Made by a program: the position numbers and the translations under genes
The notes under the pieces: generated by a model
What the model was told of the DNA's origin: nothing
The model's database searches: none
What the model saw: the letters and a program-made list of their open reading frames with translations, nothing else
Part shown: in pieces, positions 45,504 through 57,461 of the stretch
How positions within the stretch are numbered: the first letter of the stretch is position 1
Layout: the number at the start of each line of letters is the position of its first letter
Assembly: GCA_001179505.1 (NCBI GenBank)
Contig: CDMY01000251.1
Location: 1-63,846, forward strand
Direction: 5' to 3'
DNA length: 63,846 nt
Source of the DNA: Vitrella brassicaformis CCMP3155
Lineage: Eukaryota > Protista > Chromerida

Positions 45504-47202
45504 ATGATCCTGTTGCTCATATCGACAGCCCTATTTCTCGTCATGAAGGCCTTCTGTACCGTCTGGCGCCTCGTGGTTTCTGGCCCTGTGGTGGGATGTG
45601 ACCTCGTCCTCAAGACAGCCTTTGTCGAGAGAAGTTTGCCTGCTACCACGAACTTCCTGAGGAGGAGCCGACAGCACCACCAGCACCAGCACCAGCACCA
45701 CCAGCACCAGCAGGCTCACGCCCGGCATCGGCCGTTGCATGGTGCTCCGGTGCCGGAGCGGGAGAGGGAGCGTGTGGTGGTGGTGTTTCCTTTTGGAGGC
45801 GTCTTCTGGTTCTGGCAAGCTGGGTCAGTCACTTTCCCACGGAAGCACAGCACATTATATCACATGCATAGTCACCATGCAGCCACACTGCATCAATTGT
45901 GAAGGTTCGCGCGTCTGTGGATGGGATGGGATGGGTCGTCTGTCTGTCAGGTATGCCGACTACCTTCGAACGCACTACGACCTCTCTGATTGTCGCTTCG
46001 TGGGTGCGTCGGCGGGTGCAATCTCGGCGGTGTTGACAGCGTCTGAGGTGCCGCTGGAGAGAGCGGTGGCTCGTGCCCTCGAGATTGCCGACGACACCGA
46101 CCTTTGGTCCAGGCCGCTCGGCGTCTTTTGTAAGGAGGGCACTCACTGCGTGGCCTGGCGTGGCGTGTGTGGATGGATGGATGGGTGCGCGATGTCTGTG
46201 TGTGTGTCTGTGGTCTTTGTGCTTCGTTGCGTTGCGTTGCGTTGCGTCTCGTTGCATTTGGTCAGTCATATGGGGCCCTCTGATAAGGCAATGGCTCCAC
46301 GAGATCCTCCCACCGGACTGCGACGAACTGTGCAGGTGAGTGACTGAGTGACCCTGTCTCACCCACCCCCAACAGGCAGGCATCTTCCGGCCGGGCCGCG
46401 TGCATCCTTGTTTGTTTGTCACTGTCGCTGCTTACCTTACTCACCCACCCCACCACTGATGTCATCCATCAGGGGCCGAGTGCGGATGCGTGCCACGGGT
46501 CTGCCATCGCTGGAGGCGCGTATGCTGCCGCGGGAGGAGGGCAACGTGAGCAAGGCTGACCTGATTGACGCGGCAATGGCGAGCGTGCACATCCCCTTCT
46601 TCCTTGACGGGCGGCTGTGCTGTCAAGTGGGCGATGACTTCTACGTGGATGGCGGGCTGCACGTCAGGTGGGTAAAAGGGAGGGAGGGAGGGGAACTGGG
46701 ACGGTGGTCGATATTCCTGGTTGCCGTCCGTCTTACCTATCGTGGTGTGTGTGTCTGTGTGGGCGAGCAGGCCTTTATACGAAGGGGAGTCGCCGCTCAT
46801 CTACGTGTCGCCTCCATCCGAGCAGGTGCGTGTCCGCCAGCCACTGACACACAATCATACATACCGACACGCATAATGCGGTGGGTGGATGGGTTGCAGA
46901 AGCTCTGGAACCAGCTGGGGATGCTCAACAAAGCGGGCGTGTGGCGTCTGTTCGAGAAGGGGTACGAACACGCCCAAAGCCAGGACCGGGACGGCCACCT
47001 CTCCATCCTCCACAAACACTCACCGCCGACCACTGACTCGTCACCGCCCCCACCACAGCAGCATACCATCAGGCAGCGGGTGGTCGGCGTTGAGCCGATG
47101 ATGAATGTGACCCGAGCTGCGGGGGCGAAGGGCATGTTAGCAAGCGGTGGGGGGCTCTCTCTGGCGAGGGAGTACGGCGGGGAGAGGGAGAGGGGTGGTT
47201 GA
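45504..47202 (+). CDS. Patatin-like phospholipase
   Basis: FPFGGVFWFWQAG, nucleophile GASAG, ASVHIPFFLDG and catalytic VDGG motifs across about 5 exons; hydrophobic N-terminus. Confidence 0.9.
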
Positions 47203-49308
47203 GAAGGGAAGAGGTGTGTAAAGAGAGCGTAGAGGAGGGTGTAGAGTGAGTGTTGGTCATGTGGTTTTATGCCCCTGCCTGTGGGGTGGGTGGGAGTCAT
47301 TTCACTCTACAGCAGCTGACTGTCTGATGAGTGTGCGCGGCGCGGTGGGCTGGGTTGGTTTGTTATGTTTTTAGATGGTCGGGAGCTCACTCATGAGCCA
47401 CAGCCAGCACCAGAGAGCCTGCCTTCACTCGTGAGCCAGGAAGGAGCTCTTGCACTGTCTGTGGTTGGCCTGTAGGGTCGACCCCTCCCTCCCTCTACAC
47501 CGGCCATCCGCATCGCCATGAAAGTGTTGGTGGCGTGGGTGAGTGCTTGATGCTCTCTTTGTCTGCCATTGAGGGGTTCCAAAGCTATTGCTTACCCTCA
47601 CTGGCCCTCACTTATTCCGACCTGTGAGGGACGGATGGACGGATGGACGGACCTGATGGATGGATGGATGGATGGATGGGCTGGGATGGATTCACTGAAG
47701 GGTAATAGCCAACGAATGACCGGTCGATTTTCTTCCTTTATTTCTGTGTCGTCAGCTGAAAGGAGTCGGTCAGTCGGTCAGTGTCTGAGTGTGTTTGCCC
47801 CCAGCCAACTGCCACAAGTGTGTACTAACTGTCTCCCTGCCTGTCTGGATATCTGTGTCTGTCTGTCTGTGCGACCATCTCTCTCTGTTCCACCCCCCCA
47901 CCCCCCCCCACGTGTATCCCTCCCCCACCCCCACCCATGCAGACATGTACATGGTACATGCACGTGCACACACGCGCATACATACAAAAGGTGTCGATGC
48001 TGACGGATGAATGGTCTTGCCTGGGGAGGCAGGCAGTGAACGGCACGAGTGGTGCCTGCCTGCAAGGATGGATGCCTGCTGCTCGCGAGATGAAAAGGGC
48101 ACACACAGCTCCACTCCACTGGCGAGCAGCCTCCGCTCGTGCATTCTCTGACTCACTGGCTCAGACGCTAGCCACTGCTGATGGATGGATGGATAAAGAC
48201 AGGACAGCACAGTTGGTAATGTGTGTGTGAGTGCTCCGACGTGGGGGGATGGCTTGAATCAAACGAAGAGAAGAAACACCACATGCGCAGCAAAGCGGCG
48301 CACTCCATCCATCCATCCAGAAATAACCACAAACCGTGTCACACGCACACACACACGCACACACACGTATACAGCATGCACCCAGAGCAAAGGCACCACC
48401 GGGAGGCAAGCCAATGCAGCAGAAAAAGGAAACGTTACACACATAAAGAAAGAAAAACACCACACCCGCAAAGAAAAAGGCAAGGCCACTGCTAGTGCGA
48501 GGGCTGCATCATGTCTATCAAGGCCATCGGGTGTAGGGTGGGTAGGCACCGAGAGACTCGTGCATCTGTGTGCGTGTGTGGGTCTCTGTGTGTGCGTGTT
48601 TGCGCAAAAACCCATCAAGCCACCTAGCCATCCGTCTATCCATTCCGTTGCCCATGAGCAGCAAAAAACCGGCACAGCACAGCAGCCAAAACACACACAA
48701 CGTTGGAAGCAGCCAGCCACATACACGCACAGGGGACTAGTGGTGGATGTCATGTCAAAATGGCGGGCTCTGAGAGCCGCCCCGTCAGTCAGGATATAAT
48801 ATAAAGCACTCTCACTCACACACAAACTCTCGGTGCACTCTCACTCAATCAATTCAATACCAATAGATAGCTGGTATCAATAGATACCTGGTATATCAAT
48901 TTCTCCCTCCCTCCCTCCCTCCTTGCTTTTGGGTTGGGAGCTCGGGGCGTTCCCCGACCGCACACCGCACATGACAAGACATGACATGACGCCCTTGGCA
49001 TGGCAACGCAGCCATCCCATTCAGCCATTAAATACAATACACCACACGCGCTCTCTCTCACTATCCCTATCCCCCCCCCTCTCTCTCTCTCTCTATCTCT
49101 CTCAGTGTGTGTCGAATTGTGTGCCTCCCCTCCCTTGACCTAAAACTGCAAACTGACTGCATCTGCATCACTAATCAAGGCATGCATATCCATCGAAGCA
49201 TCTCATCATGCCACGCATGCACCAAATGAATGAGCCAGCCGTGCAGCCAGCCAGCCGCAAAAAACGCCAAACGCGACGACCGACGCCCAGGATCGGGCTG
49301 AGCATGTG

Positions 49309-51970
49309 TCACCAGAAGAGGGGCCACTTCCGTCTGGGCGAGAGGTTGTTCATCAGCAGGGCGACGCCGAGCAGCACGATCCACCCGATGAGGAAGGGCG
49401 AGACGAAGAACCAGAAGGTGCCGCGGTGTACTGCAGGGGCCGCCTGCAGGAAGGCGATGGGCGTGCTCGCCGCGGGGGGGCAGGTGATGCCCTGAGCGAT
49501 AGTGACGACAGACAGACATGCAGGGAGGGAGGCAGGAGAGCGGAATAAGTGGACGAATGCATCGCGTGTTGCGAGGGGGGACGGTGGTGCTTACAATCTT
49601 CGCCATGCCGACGACCGACACCGTCATGCACAAGGTCGCGCCAAGCCTGATACACAGACACCCACACAAGCTCTTGATGTTTTGACCTCTCTCTATGCGT
49701 CCGTCCCCGTGTGCTTATTCCCTGGTTGCATTGCAACCAACCTCCCTCACCAGAAGGGCAGTATCGGGTAGTGCCAGGGGTGCCCCGACTTGCCGACGTC
49801 GGTGATGAAGGAGAAGACGATCGACACGGTGAGCGCGAACAGGGTGGACAGGAAGAGAATCCGCGGCTGGCCGAAGGGCGAGGCCGGCGCCACGAAGTAG
49901 AGGACCGCCATCGCACCGAATGGTCCGATCAAATGGAACTGAACACACGAAGTCGTTGGGAATACACGCTTGTGTCTCTGTGTCTGTGTGTGTGGTTTTG
50001 TAACCTACCGAGTCGGGCGAGTCTGAGAAGGCGTAAGTCTGCAGGAGGGTGAGGATCATGAACGACAGAAAAACTTCCACGGTCGCCAACACACAGTGGC
50101 GGTCATCCTGCACGTAGCACCACACACCAAACAACACATGACAGACACACCACACCCTCGGAGCAGTCAGTGACACCCACCCACCCACCTCGTCTCGCTC
50201 ACCAGTGCCTTAGCAGGGTGTCCCTTGGCGCCGCGCCACTTCTTGAAATAGGCCCAGGGGTCGTTGATGACCGCCATCAGCCACCGGCGGTCGTACGGCT
50301 GCATCCCCGCCTGCGAGTCCTCCACCCCCAGGCGCATCATCTCACCCTCCTTGGCGGCGAGTGCCTTGAGTCCCCCAGCCCGGAAGTGCTCCTGCAGTTT
50401 GCGCCATCCGTGGTGCACCACGACCATCCGATGGCGGGCGAGGGCCCCCTTGGCACCGCACTTGCGCAGGTCCCACTGCACCACCTTGAGCGCTGCCTTG
50501 AGGTAGGCGTCGAACAGCGGACCTTTCATCCCCGGCACGTCGCTGTCAACCTGATCAGTAATTGCACCCAGGGAGGGAGGGATGGTGCGGTGTGGTGTGG
50601 TGTGGTGTGGTGTGGTCCCACCGTCCACATGTGCACGTACATACCCGTTGCTCCCTGCGTGTGTAGACGACGAACACGGCGATGAGCTCCCGTGTGTCGG
50701 TCAACATCAACGTGCTGCGGCGCCGCGTCAGCACCATCGACTGCGCTACGTTGCCGATAGACGCCCTTCCGCCGTGCCGATGCTGCAGCAGAGAACTCGC
50801 CGCAGCCATCTCACCTGCGGTGACGCCACACACACACACACATAGTTAAACACATGGGAATGTTTGCTTGTCCCGTGTGTGTGTGTGCGGCGTGTGTGTG
50901 TGACTGACTGACTTTGCACGGCAGCTGCAGCGCTTTCCGAGGGGACGGTGCCGGACCTGGCGCGGGGAGGGCGAGGTGGTGGTCGCTGGGGTCGTTGCGG
51001 CCGCTGCCTGATGCCGCCTGCGGTCATGGCGAAGATGGGTATCGCGCACGAGGTGTGGAACAGCTCCCTCGCCGGCGCATCCAGCGGCGTGGAAGGGTTC
51101 TCGGGGTCGTCAAACACCTGACAGACATGACGCACACACACACACAACGCAACACATGGGTGTGGTGTGGTGTGTGAGAGGTGTTTTGGTTTAGTAAGTG
51201 TGGTGCCGTGCCGCGCACCCCCCCACTCACCTGGTCGAGGACGTTCCACTCTGTTTCTCCCTCCTGCCACGCGCGGCCAGCCAAACCCACACCGGGAGAC
51301 AGCCTACACACATGGCACACACGACACACACACACAGCCCAATGCCCATGTACAAACTAGCTGGGCTGGCCGACCGCATCTCATCTCGCTTACGTGATGT
51401 TCTTCTCGCTGGGCAATTTGGCGAATGCCTGGAGCTTCTCGACGTCGTCCCCCGCGCCCGTGTTGGGCCGCATCACCCCGTCCACACGCGAGAGCGACGC
51501 CATTCCGTCGTTGGGCGTCCACATCTCACCGTACACGAACCCGCTGTCAACCAAATCCTCAAGGTGCCTGCGCAAACAACGCTGCACGGCCGACAGATCC
51601 TCGGCGGCCAACGCCTGCACACACGCCACACACACGTGTGACACACCCAACCAGGATGACGCCATTGCAATCCTGCCTACGCACCTTCCTCTCCCACACG
51701 TACCTGCAGTCTGGTGGAGTAGCTGTCGTCGATAGCGGGGCTGTCTGGGGGCACGGCGCCGTGGATGACGTTGTACGCATCGCCCACTGTGGTGGCGCAT
51801 CGTCTCAGGGGAACGCCGTCGATACCGGGCTCGAGATGGTCACGGTGCTCACGCCGGGAGGGTGTCAGCGCCCCACCGCTGGCGGCAGATGAGTCGCTGT
51901 CGAGCAGCAGGGGGGTCTCCAGGCTTGCCAGTGAGCCCGAATGGCTGAAGGGGTACATGACGCCCGCCAT
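49309..51970 (-). CDS. GAF-like domain + HPP-family (nitrite-transporter-like) membrane protein, 10 exons
   Basis: All junctions phase-matched by hand. GAF-like YGEMWTP…LSPGVGLAGRAWQEG…SCAIPIF…ELIAVFVVY; then YFKKWRG, GPFGAMAVLYFVAPASPFGQPR, GITCPPAASTP and LLMNNLSPRRKWPLFW* typical of HPP proteins. Confidence 0.85.
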
Positions 51971-52083
51971 GATAGATGCGTCACTTTCAAAGCTTCTGCA
52001 GGTGGCCTGCGTCCCACGCTCTCTCTCAACGACGTCAAAACCGCTATCTCTCTCGCCTCCCACCCTCTTCCCTCTGCAAGTCT

Positions 52084-52091
52084 AGCTCGCG
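52084..52091 (-). promoter_or_regulatory. Candidate promoter element variant CGCGAGCT
   Basis: AGCTCGCG on + strand in the 165-bp spacer between ATGs 51970 and 52136 (one mismatch). Confidence 0.4.
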
Positions 52092-52135
52092 AGGACCAGG
52101 AAGGCAAGTTTCTCTGAGATCCTGTGCAGCGAGAG

Positions 52136-52586
52136 ATGGTGAGTGAGATCAAGCCGTTCAGCCCTCTGGTTCACATCTCCCAGTTTGGCAATCTCGCGTG
52201 GACGCTGCTCCTCGTCGGCGCCTTGCTCGCGGCCTGGTTCTTCATGTAAGTGACACGCAGAGGCGCCCAGAGATGAGCACACGCGAGACGGAAGATCGAT
52301 CAGCATGCTTGTCGTGTTTGTACGTGCCCTGCCTTCCCTTGTGTTGTGTGGTCATTTCAGCTACGAGGTGACAACAGGCAAGTTCGAGCGCAGCCTGCTG
52401 AAAGAGCTGGTCATCGCCCTGTTGTCGTCCGTCTTCCTCGGTCAGTCAGTCAGTCGGCAGACAGACACGGGCACACAGCAGGGAGCAGCCCATCTCTGAA
52501 TGTCTGTCTGTCTGTGTGTATGTGTGTATGTGTGTGCAGGTATCGGTGGCATGTTCCTCTTGCTGTCCATCGGTCTCTACTTCTGA
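52136..52586 (+). CDS. TMEM258: Oligosaccharyltransferase small subunit OST5/TMEM258, 3 exons, 78 aa
   Basis: Exons 52136-52245, 52361-52440, 52540-52586: MVSEIKPFSPLVHISQFGNLAWTLLLVGALLAAWFFIYEVTTGKFERSLLKELVIALLSSVFLGIGGMFLLLSIGLYF*. Confidence 0.93.
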
Positions 52587-52672
52587 CTGGCCAACAGACC
52601 CACTACCTACAGTCAAGCAAACAAACAAACAAAGCAGCCGTCAGCCCCTCCCCTCCCCCCCCCATCCCATCC

Positions 52673-53604
52673 ATGGCGTCAAGTTTATCTGTCGAGTGCG
52701 TCCATCATCTGTTGGGGTTTGTGGATTGCGGCAAGACCCTCACGGTGTGCGAGCGTGTGGCCACCTTGTGGCGCCAGGCTATACACCTCGCCGACCAGCA
52801 GCTGTGGAGGCATATGTGTGACCGTCACAACATATGGCAGACCGGCACTCGGTCAGTGAGCTCCCCATCGACGCGCGAGCAGTCGCAGACGTCGTCTCTG
52901 TGTGTCTATGTGTGTGTTTTGTGTGTCAGATCTCGTGGCCGGCTGCCGTGGAAGACTCTGTACAAGCAGCGGCTGTGCCTCGAGTGCTGCCAACCTGCCG
53001 CTGTCATACTCAATGGAGAAAAACGTAAGGCAACCAGCCGGTGAGGTGTGTGTCATGTGACGGCATGTTTGTATGGTGTCGTGTCGCGCGGCTGCAGGCA
53101 GCTTGTTTCCCACATTTCCCCTGTGTTACGCGTGTCTGAAGGTGGGAGGAGGGCGGAGGGGGGAGGGGGGACACACACACACACAGACTCGCCCACTCAT
53201 CACATGATCCATGTCATCTGTCGGTGTCGTGTTGTCCATCCGTCTGTTCGTCTGTCGGGCTGGCAGACCAATCCGAAGAACAAGGACTCCTTCCCTCGCG
53301 TCAACAGAAACCTCCACGGCACTGACGACCTACTCCACTTCAAGGTAGCCACGACACTCCTACACGCACTCCAACACGCAACCATTGATGCCTCGTCTGT
53401 GTGTGTGTGTGCATTCAGCTGGTACTGGAGAACTATCAAAACGACATAGTGACGGAGCGGAAGCAGAAGGCCAAGAAGCGTGCCGCTGCTGCTGCCGTCG
53501 CCGGTGGTGGTGGCGCAGGTCGTGGTGGGGGCGTCACACGCGGCCGTGGTGGCCGGGGTAGGGGGAGAGGTGGGGGTGGCACGTACATCACGTGGAGGGT
53601 GTAG
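52673..53604 (+). CDS. F-box-like protein with CxxC…CxxC module and RGG tail, about 5 exons
   Basis: LSVECVHHLLGFVDCGKTLTVCERVATLWRQ…LWRHMC (F-box-like), PWKTLYKQRLCLECCQP…FPLCYACLK, C-terminal GRGGGVTRGRGGRGRGRGG. Confidence 0.7.
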
Positions 53605-54336
53605 CTAGCGTCAATGGTCATGTGTGTCCGTCCGGATGGGCGTGGCCTCTTTTCTCTTGTGTGTGGGTCGTTTGCATTGCATCTGTCTGGGTCGTGTCTG
53701 TCGAGTTGTGGTCCCTCTCTTGTGCATCACGCGCCGAGGAGGGACCATTGTCAGAATCACGCGACGAGGACGGTCTGACGATGGTCGGTCCCTCCTCGTA
53801 GCGTGGTGGATTGGCAGGGCGGCGAAGCACATCCGACACGTGGCAACGATGAGTGACGGCGTGATGCGGTGGGTGAATGTGCACGATGGATAACATCTGG
53901 GCGCGACGGGAGTCTCTCTCCTCGTGTGGATGAGTGCCTGGTGTCCGGTTGCACGTGTGAGTGTGTATGTGGTGTGGTGTGGACGCCATGTGGTGTAGGT
54001 TTCTCCCGCAATGTTCGTAAGCATTGTGCGGCAGACCTGCACCGCAGAGAGGGCTTCCACAGCACAGCACACACACATCACCAGGTGCACGGAGCACACT
54101 GGTGTGAGTGAATTAGCCAGCTCTCAGCGATGGGGCCGACAAATTGTGTTCTGTGGACACTGCACGTTTGCCATCGTGTTGCTATGGATGATCGTCCTTT
54201 CTCCCCGCCCCCTTTCACCGCCTACACATGCTCCCTCATTATGTGTGCCTGAACAGACCTGATTGTGTGAGGCTCACACACACAATGAGCACTGACAAGG
54301 CACGAGACATGAGCCGCGGTGTGAGGTGTCTGTTAG

Positions 54337-56367
54337 TCAGGCCGGCTCATATCCCATGTCAGCCTCGTCCTCAGCGCCCTCGGGCCAGGCCCAGTCGCTC
54401 TCATCTCTGTCGCCCATCAGCTGACACACACACACACACGTTTCCGCACGGACGGAAGTGCTGAGAGTGCATGCGCGCCTCACTTTCTGTTTGAGGAGCT
54501 GTGTCTGTATGGCGTATTTGGCCGTGTAGTAGTCCCTCTTGGCTGCAGTGCGCTCCGCCTGCGCCACACAGACATTCACTGGAGCATATGTGTAAGTATG
54601 TATGTCTCGGCTGGCATTGTGGTGTGGGTACTATGGCTTGGTTGATATCAGCCTCAAGCTTGGCAGCCGTCTTTGCCAGCTGGTCCTCGCCCTCCTGCCA
54701 CTGGCCGTACTCGCTGCATTCATTGCATGGCGACACAGAGACATACACATCAATCGGCGCCTCCCTCCCCCTGTGTCTCACCCACCGTTCCGCATCATCG
54801 ACTGCTCTCTGCGCCTCGGCCTTCTTCTCTTCCAGCCCCTTCATAGCACTCGACACCCTACCCACTGCGTGCTGACGAGCCAAGACACACAAATTGGTGC
54901 CGAGTGCGTGTATGTCTGTGTCTCCGCACCTCTTTGGCCTTCTCGACCTCGTCGATCTCGGCTGACCTGATTGAGGTGAGGCATGCATGGCATGGAGGGA
55001 GGCATTCAAAGAAGGGCCTGGCCTGTCTGGTTGTCTCTCTGTCTGTCGGTCTTACTGTATGTCGCGATATTTCTTGAGGGACGCGTTAGCAAGGGCCTCC
55101 TGCTCACGCCTTCTCTGAGCATCCACCAAACCAACAGAGCATCCAGCCGGTTTCAAAGGTTGGTCAGTTCGCGTATGCGCTAAGTATGTTTCTTGCCTGT
55201 AGTCTCCTCTGGTACCCGCTGAGGCGGGCGAGGGCTGACCCATACTGCTGGTTGACCGACTCAAACTGACCACACCACAAACATGGAGGGAAGTGGCTTA
55301 TTCTCATCACGTGTTAGGCTTTAATTGAGGTTACTTTTTCGCGTGCTTGTTTGTACGCGTTCTTGGCTTCCTTGAACGATTTCTGCGCCTCGCTCAGTCT
55401 GTCCCATGCCTCCTTCATCGCTGTCGACGACTGCACATATGCACACGCACAGAGGAGGCGAGCGTCTGCTCGTGCCGTGGTCCTTTCCTTTGCCCCACTA
55501 GGTCCTTCTTGTGCATGGCATCTCTCGCCGCCTCGTGGTAGTGTCTCGCTGCCTCTGCATCAGAACAATTCCCATGAAATTGTGTTTAGGTGTGTGTCTT
55601 CTCTCGATCAGCGTACGTTTCAAAGCGTCGACTGTGAAGAGGTACTTCTGTACCTCTTTGGCCGTGTCGGCATGCATCATCTGAGCATGCTGCGAGAAAC
55701 AGGCCAGCCAGAGGAGCCGATTCATGCGTGTGGATACCAGGTCTACATACTTACGTACTTTGATTTTGGTTGACATGGCTTGGTGGACGCGGTCCTTCAG
55801 ATCTGGGGGCGCGCCATGCCACAGTGATAGCTATGCATAGCTATTCAGCGATCTTGCGGCCAGCTTACGTGCGATGCGGGCCTCCACGTTAGCCTTCTTG
55901 CCCGCCAAGCGATGGATCTCGCCTGCAAAACCACTGACGCATTGTTGTCTTGCTCATCGATGAGTGTCTTCTCTGACCACCAAGTGCTCTGATGTTGTCC
56001 TGTTCGACGACCTTCTGATGCATTATGGACGCCACCTGTGCAGCCAACACGCACGACACGACCATGAAGAGATCTCATTGATGCAGGGCGGTCGGCAGCT
56101 GCCTACATACGTCCTGTAGGTGTTGGTGGGCCTCATCCACAGCCACGCTCAGCTGGTAACGGAGCTCCTGTACGGGTACGTATACAAGATTCACGAATTG
56201 ATCCACGTGCACTGCATAGCCATCGGACGCATCTCGATCACCTCTTCTTTCTGGTCCGCTACATGGTATCGGTCCGCAGGTGCCTGAAGGGGATCCGGTG
56301 CCCTGGTGCTGAGTCCCTTAGCAACGGCCATCCACAAGCTGCACGCGAGGAGCGCCAACCAATCCAT
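54337..56367 (-). CDS. Secreted long coiled-coil protein, about 13 short exons
   Basis: Signal peptide MDWLALLACSLWMAVAKG. Phase-matched helical exons (ELRYQLSVAVDEAHQHLQD; AMKEAWDRLSEAQKSFKEAKNAYKQAREK; AMKGLEEKKAEAQRAVDDAER), ending DMGYEPA*. GC-AG intron 55196-55115. Confidence 0.72.
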
Positions 56368-56442
56368 TGCCTCCAACAATTCCAGATCACAGCTTTGGGG
56401 CCACGCGGGGACAGTTACCTCCGTTCGGTTCCGTTCTCGAGA

Positions 56443-57428
56443 ATGCCCATATTCGGCAGAAAGAAGCAGGATGGCAAGGCCAGCGACAGTCCTGCTGCCG
56501 CCAGCCGCAGCCCCCTGCGAGTCAGCGACCAGAAAGGCACAGAGAGCCCGTCCTCAGCTGTGGCGTCGACCAAGTCCACAACAGTCAACGACTTCGTCAG
56601 CAAGGCCAAGCAGGGCGGCATCAGGCCGAGTGGACCTGAGCTAGTTGCGTACGCAAGGTGCCTGCGGGAAGGCTGAGCACACTGTACTTGCTTGGGCCAT
56701 GGTGTGTGTTGAGTGTGTGTGTGGTGGAATGGCGCAGGTATCTGGGTATCGACGCCGTGACCGATGCCGACCTGATGTGGATAGCAGAGGAGTGCCTCAA
56801 AGCACCGCTACCACCAGGTGACAGACAAATGGGACAAAACGGGCGCGTGTGTGTGTATTGAATGTGGCCCGTTGGGCGAATGACGTCGCGCAGACTACAC
56901 GGAGCATTTTGACAGCAATGACCGGATCTTCTATTACAACGCCACCACGCGCACCAGCACCTGGATCCACCCACTGGAAAGCCTCTACAGAGACACATAC
57001 AAGGAGATCAGGACCTTCAGAAACCAAACAGAAATGACCGCACAAGAACAGTACGCAAACCAACATGAGATCGATCGCCTGTGAGACGCCCGCACTGCGT
57101 GTATACGAGGGCCTCTGTGTGTTGTGTGTGGTCGCAGGCTGGACAAGCTCTATGAGCTTCGGGATCAGGTGGCCAAGTGTGAGCGGCAGGTGCAGCGTGC
57201 GATGAAGGAGTGGGGGGAGCACACCGACAGCGGCGGACAGCTCTTCTACTACAACAAACGGGACGGCAAGAGCTACTGGACTGACCCCAGGCCGCCCAAA
57301 TTCGCCCTTTACGCCCTCAAACAAAAGACACTCAAGATATGCGCACAACATGCAGGTCAGGTAGTCACAAAATTCAAAAACATCCACACTCTCCCAGCAC
57401 ATGTAGCACCCCCTCTCTCCCTCTCTCC

Positions 57429-57461
<33 letters not shown>

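Noticed and set aside
54337-56367. DnaJ or myosin/tropomyosin identity for the coiled-coil gene
   Set aside because: No HPD motif or motor domain; only generic heptad character, plus a signal peptide.
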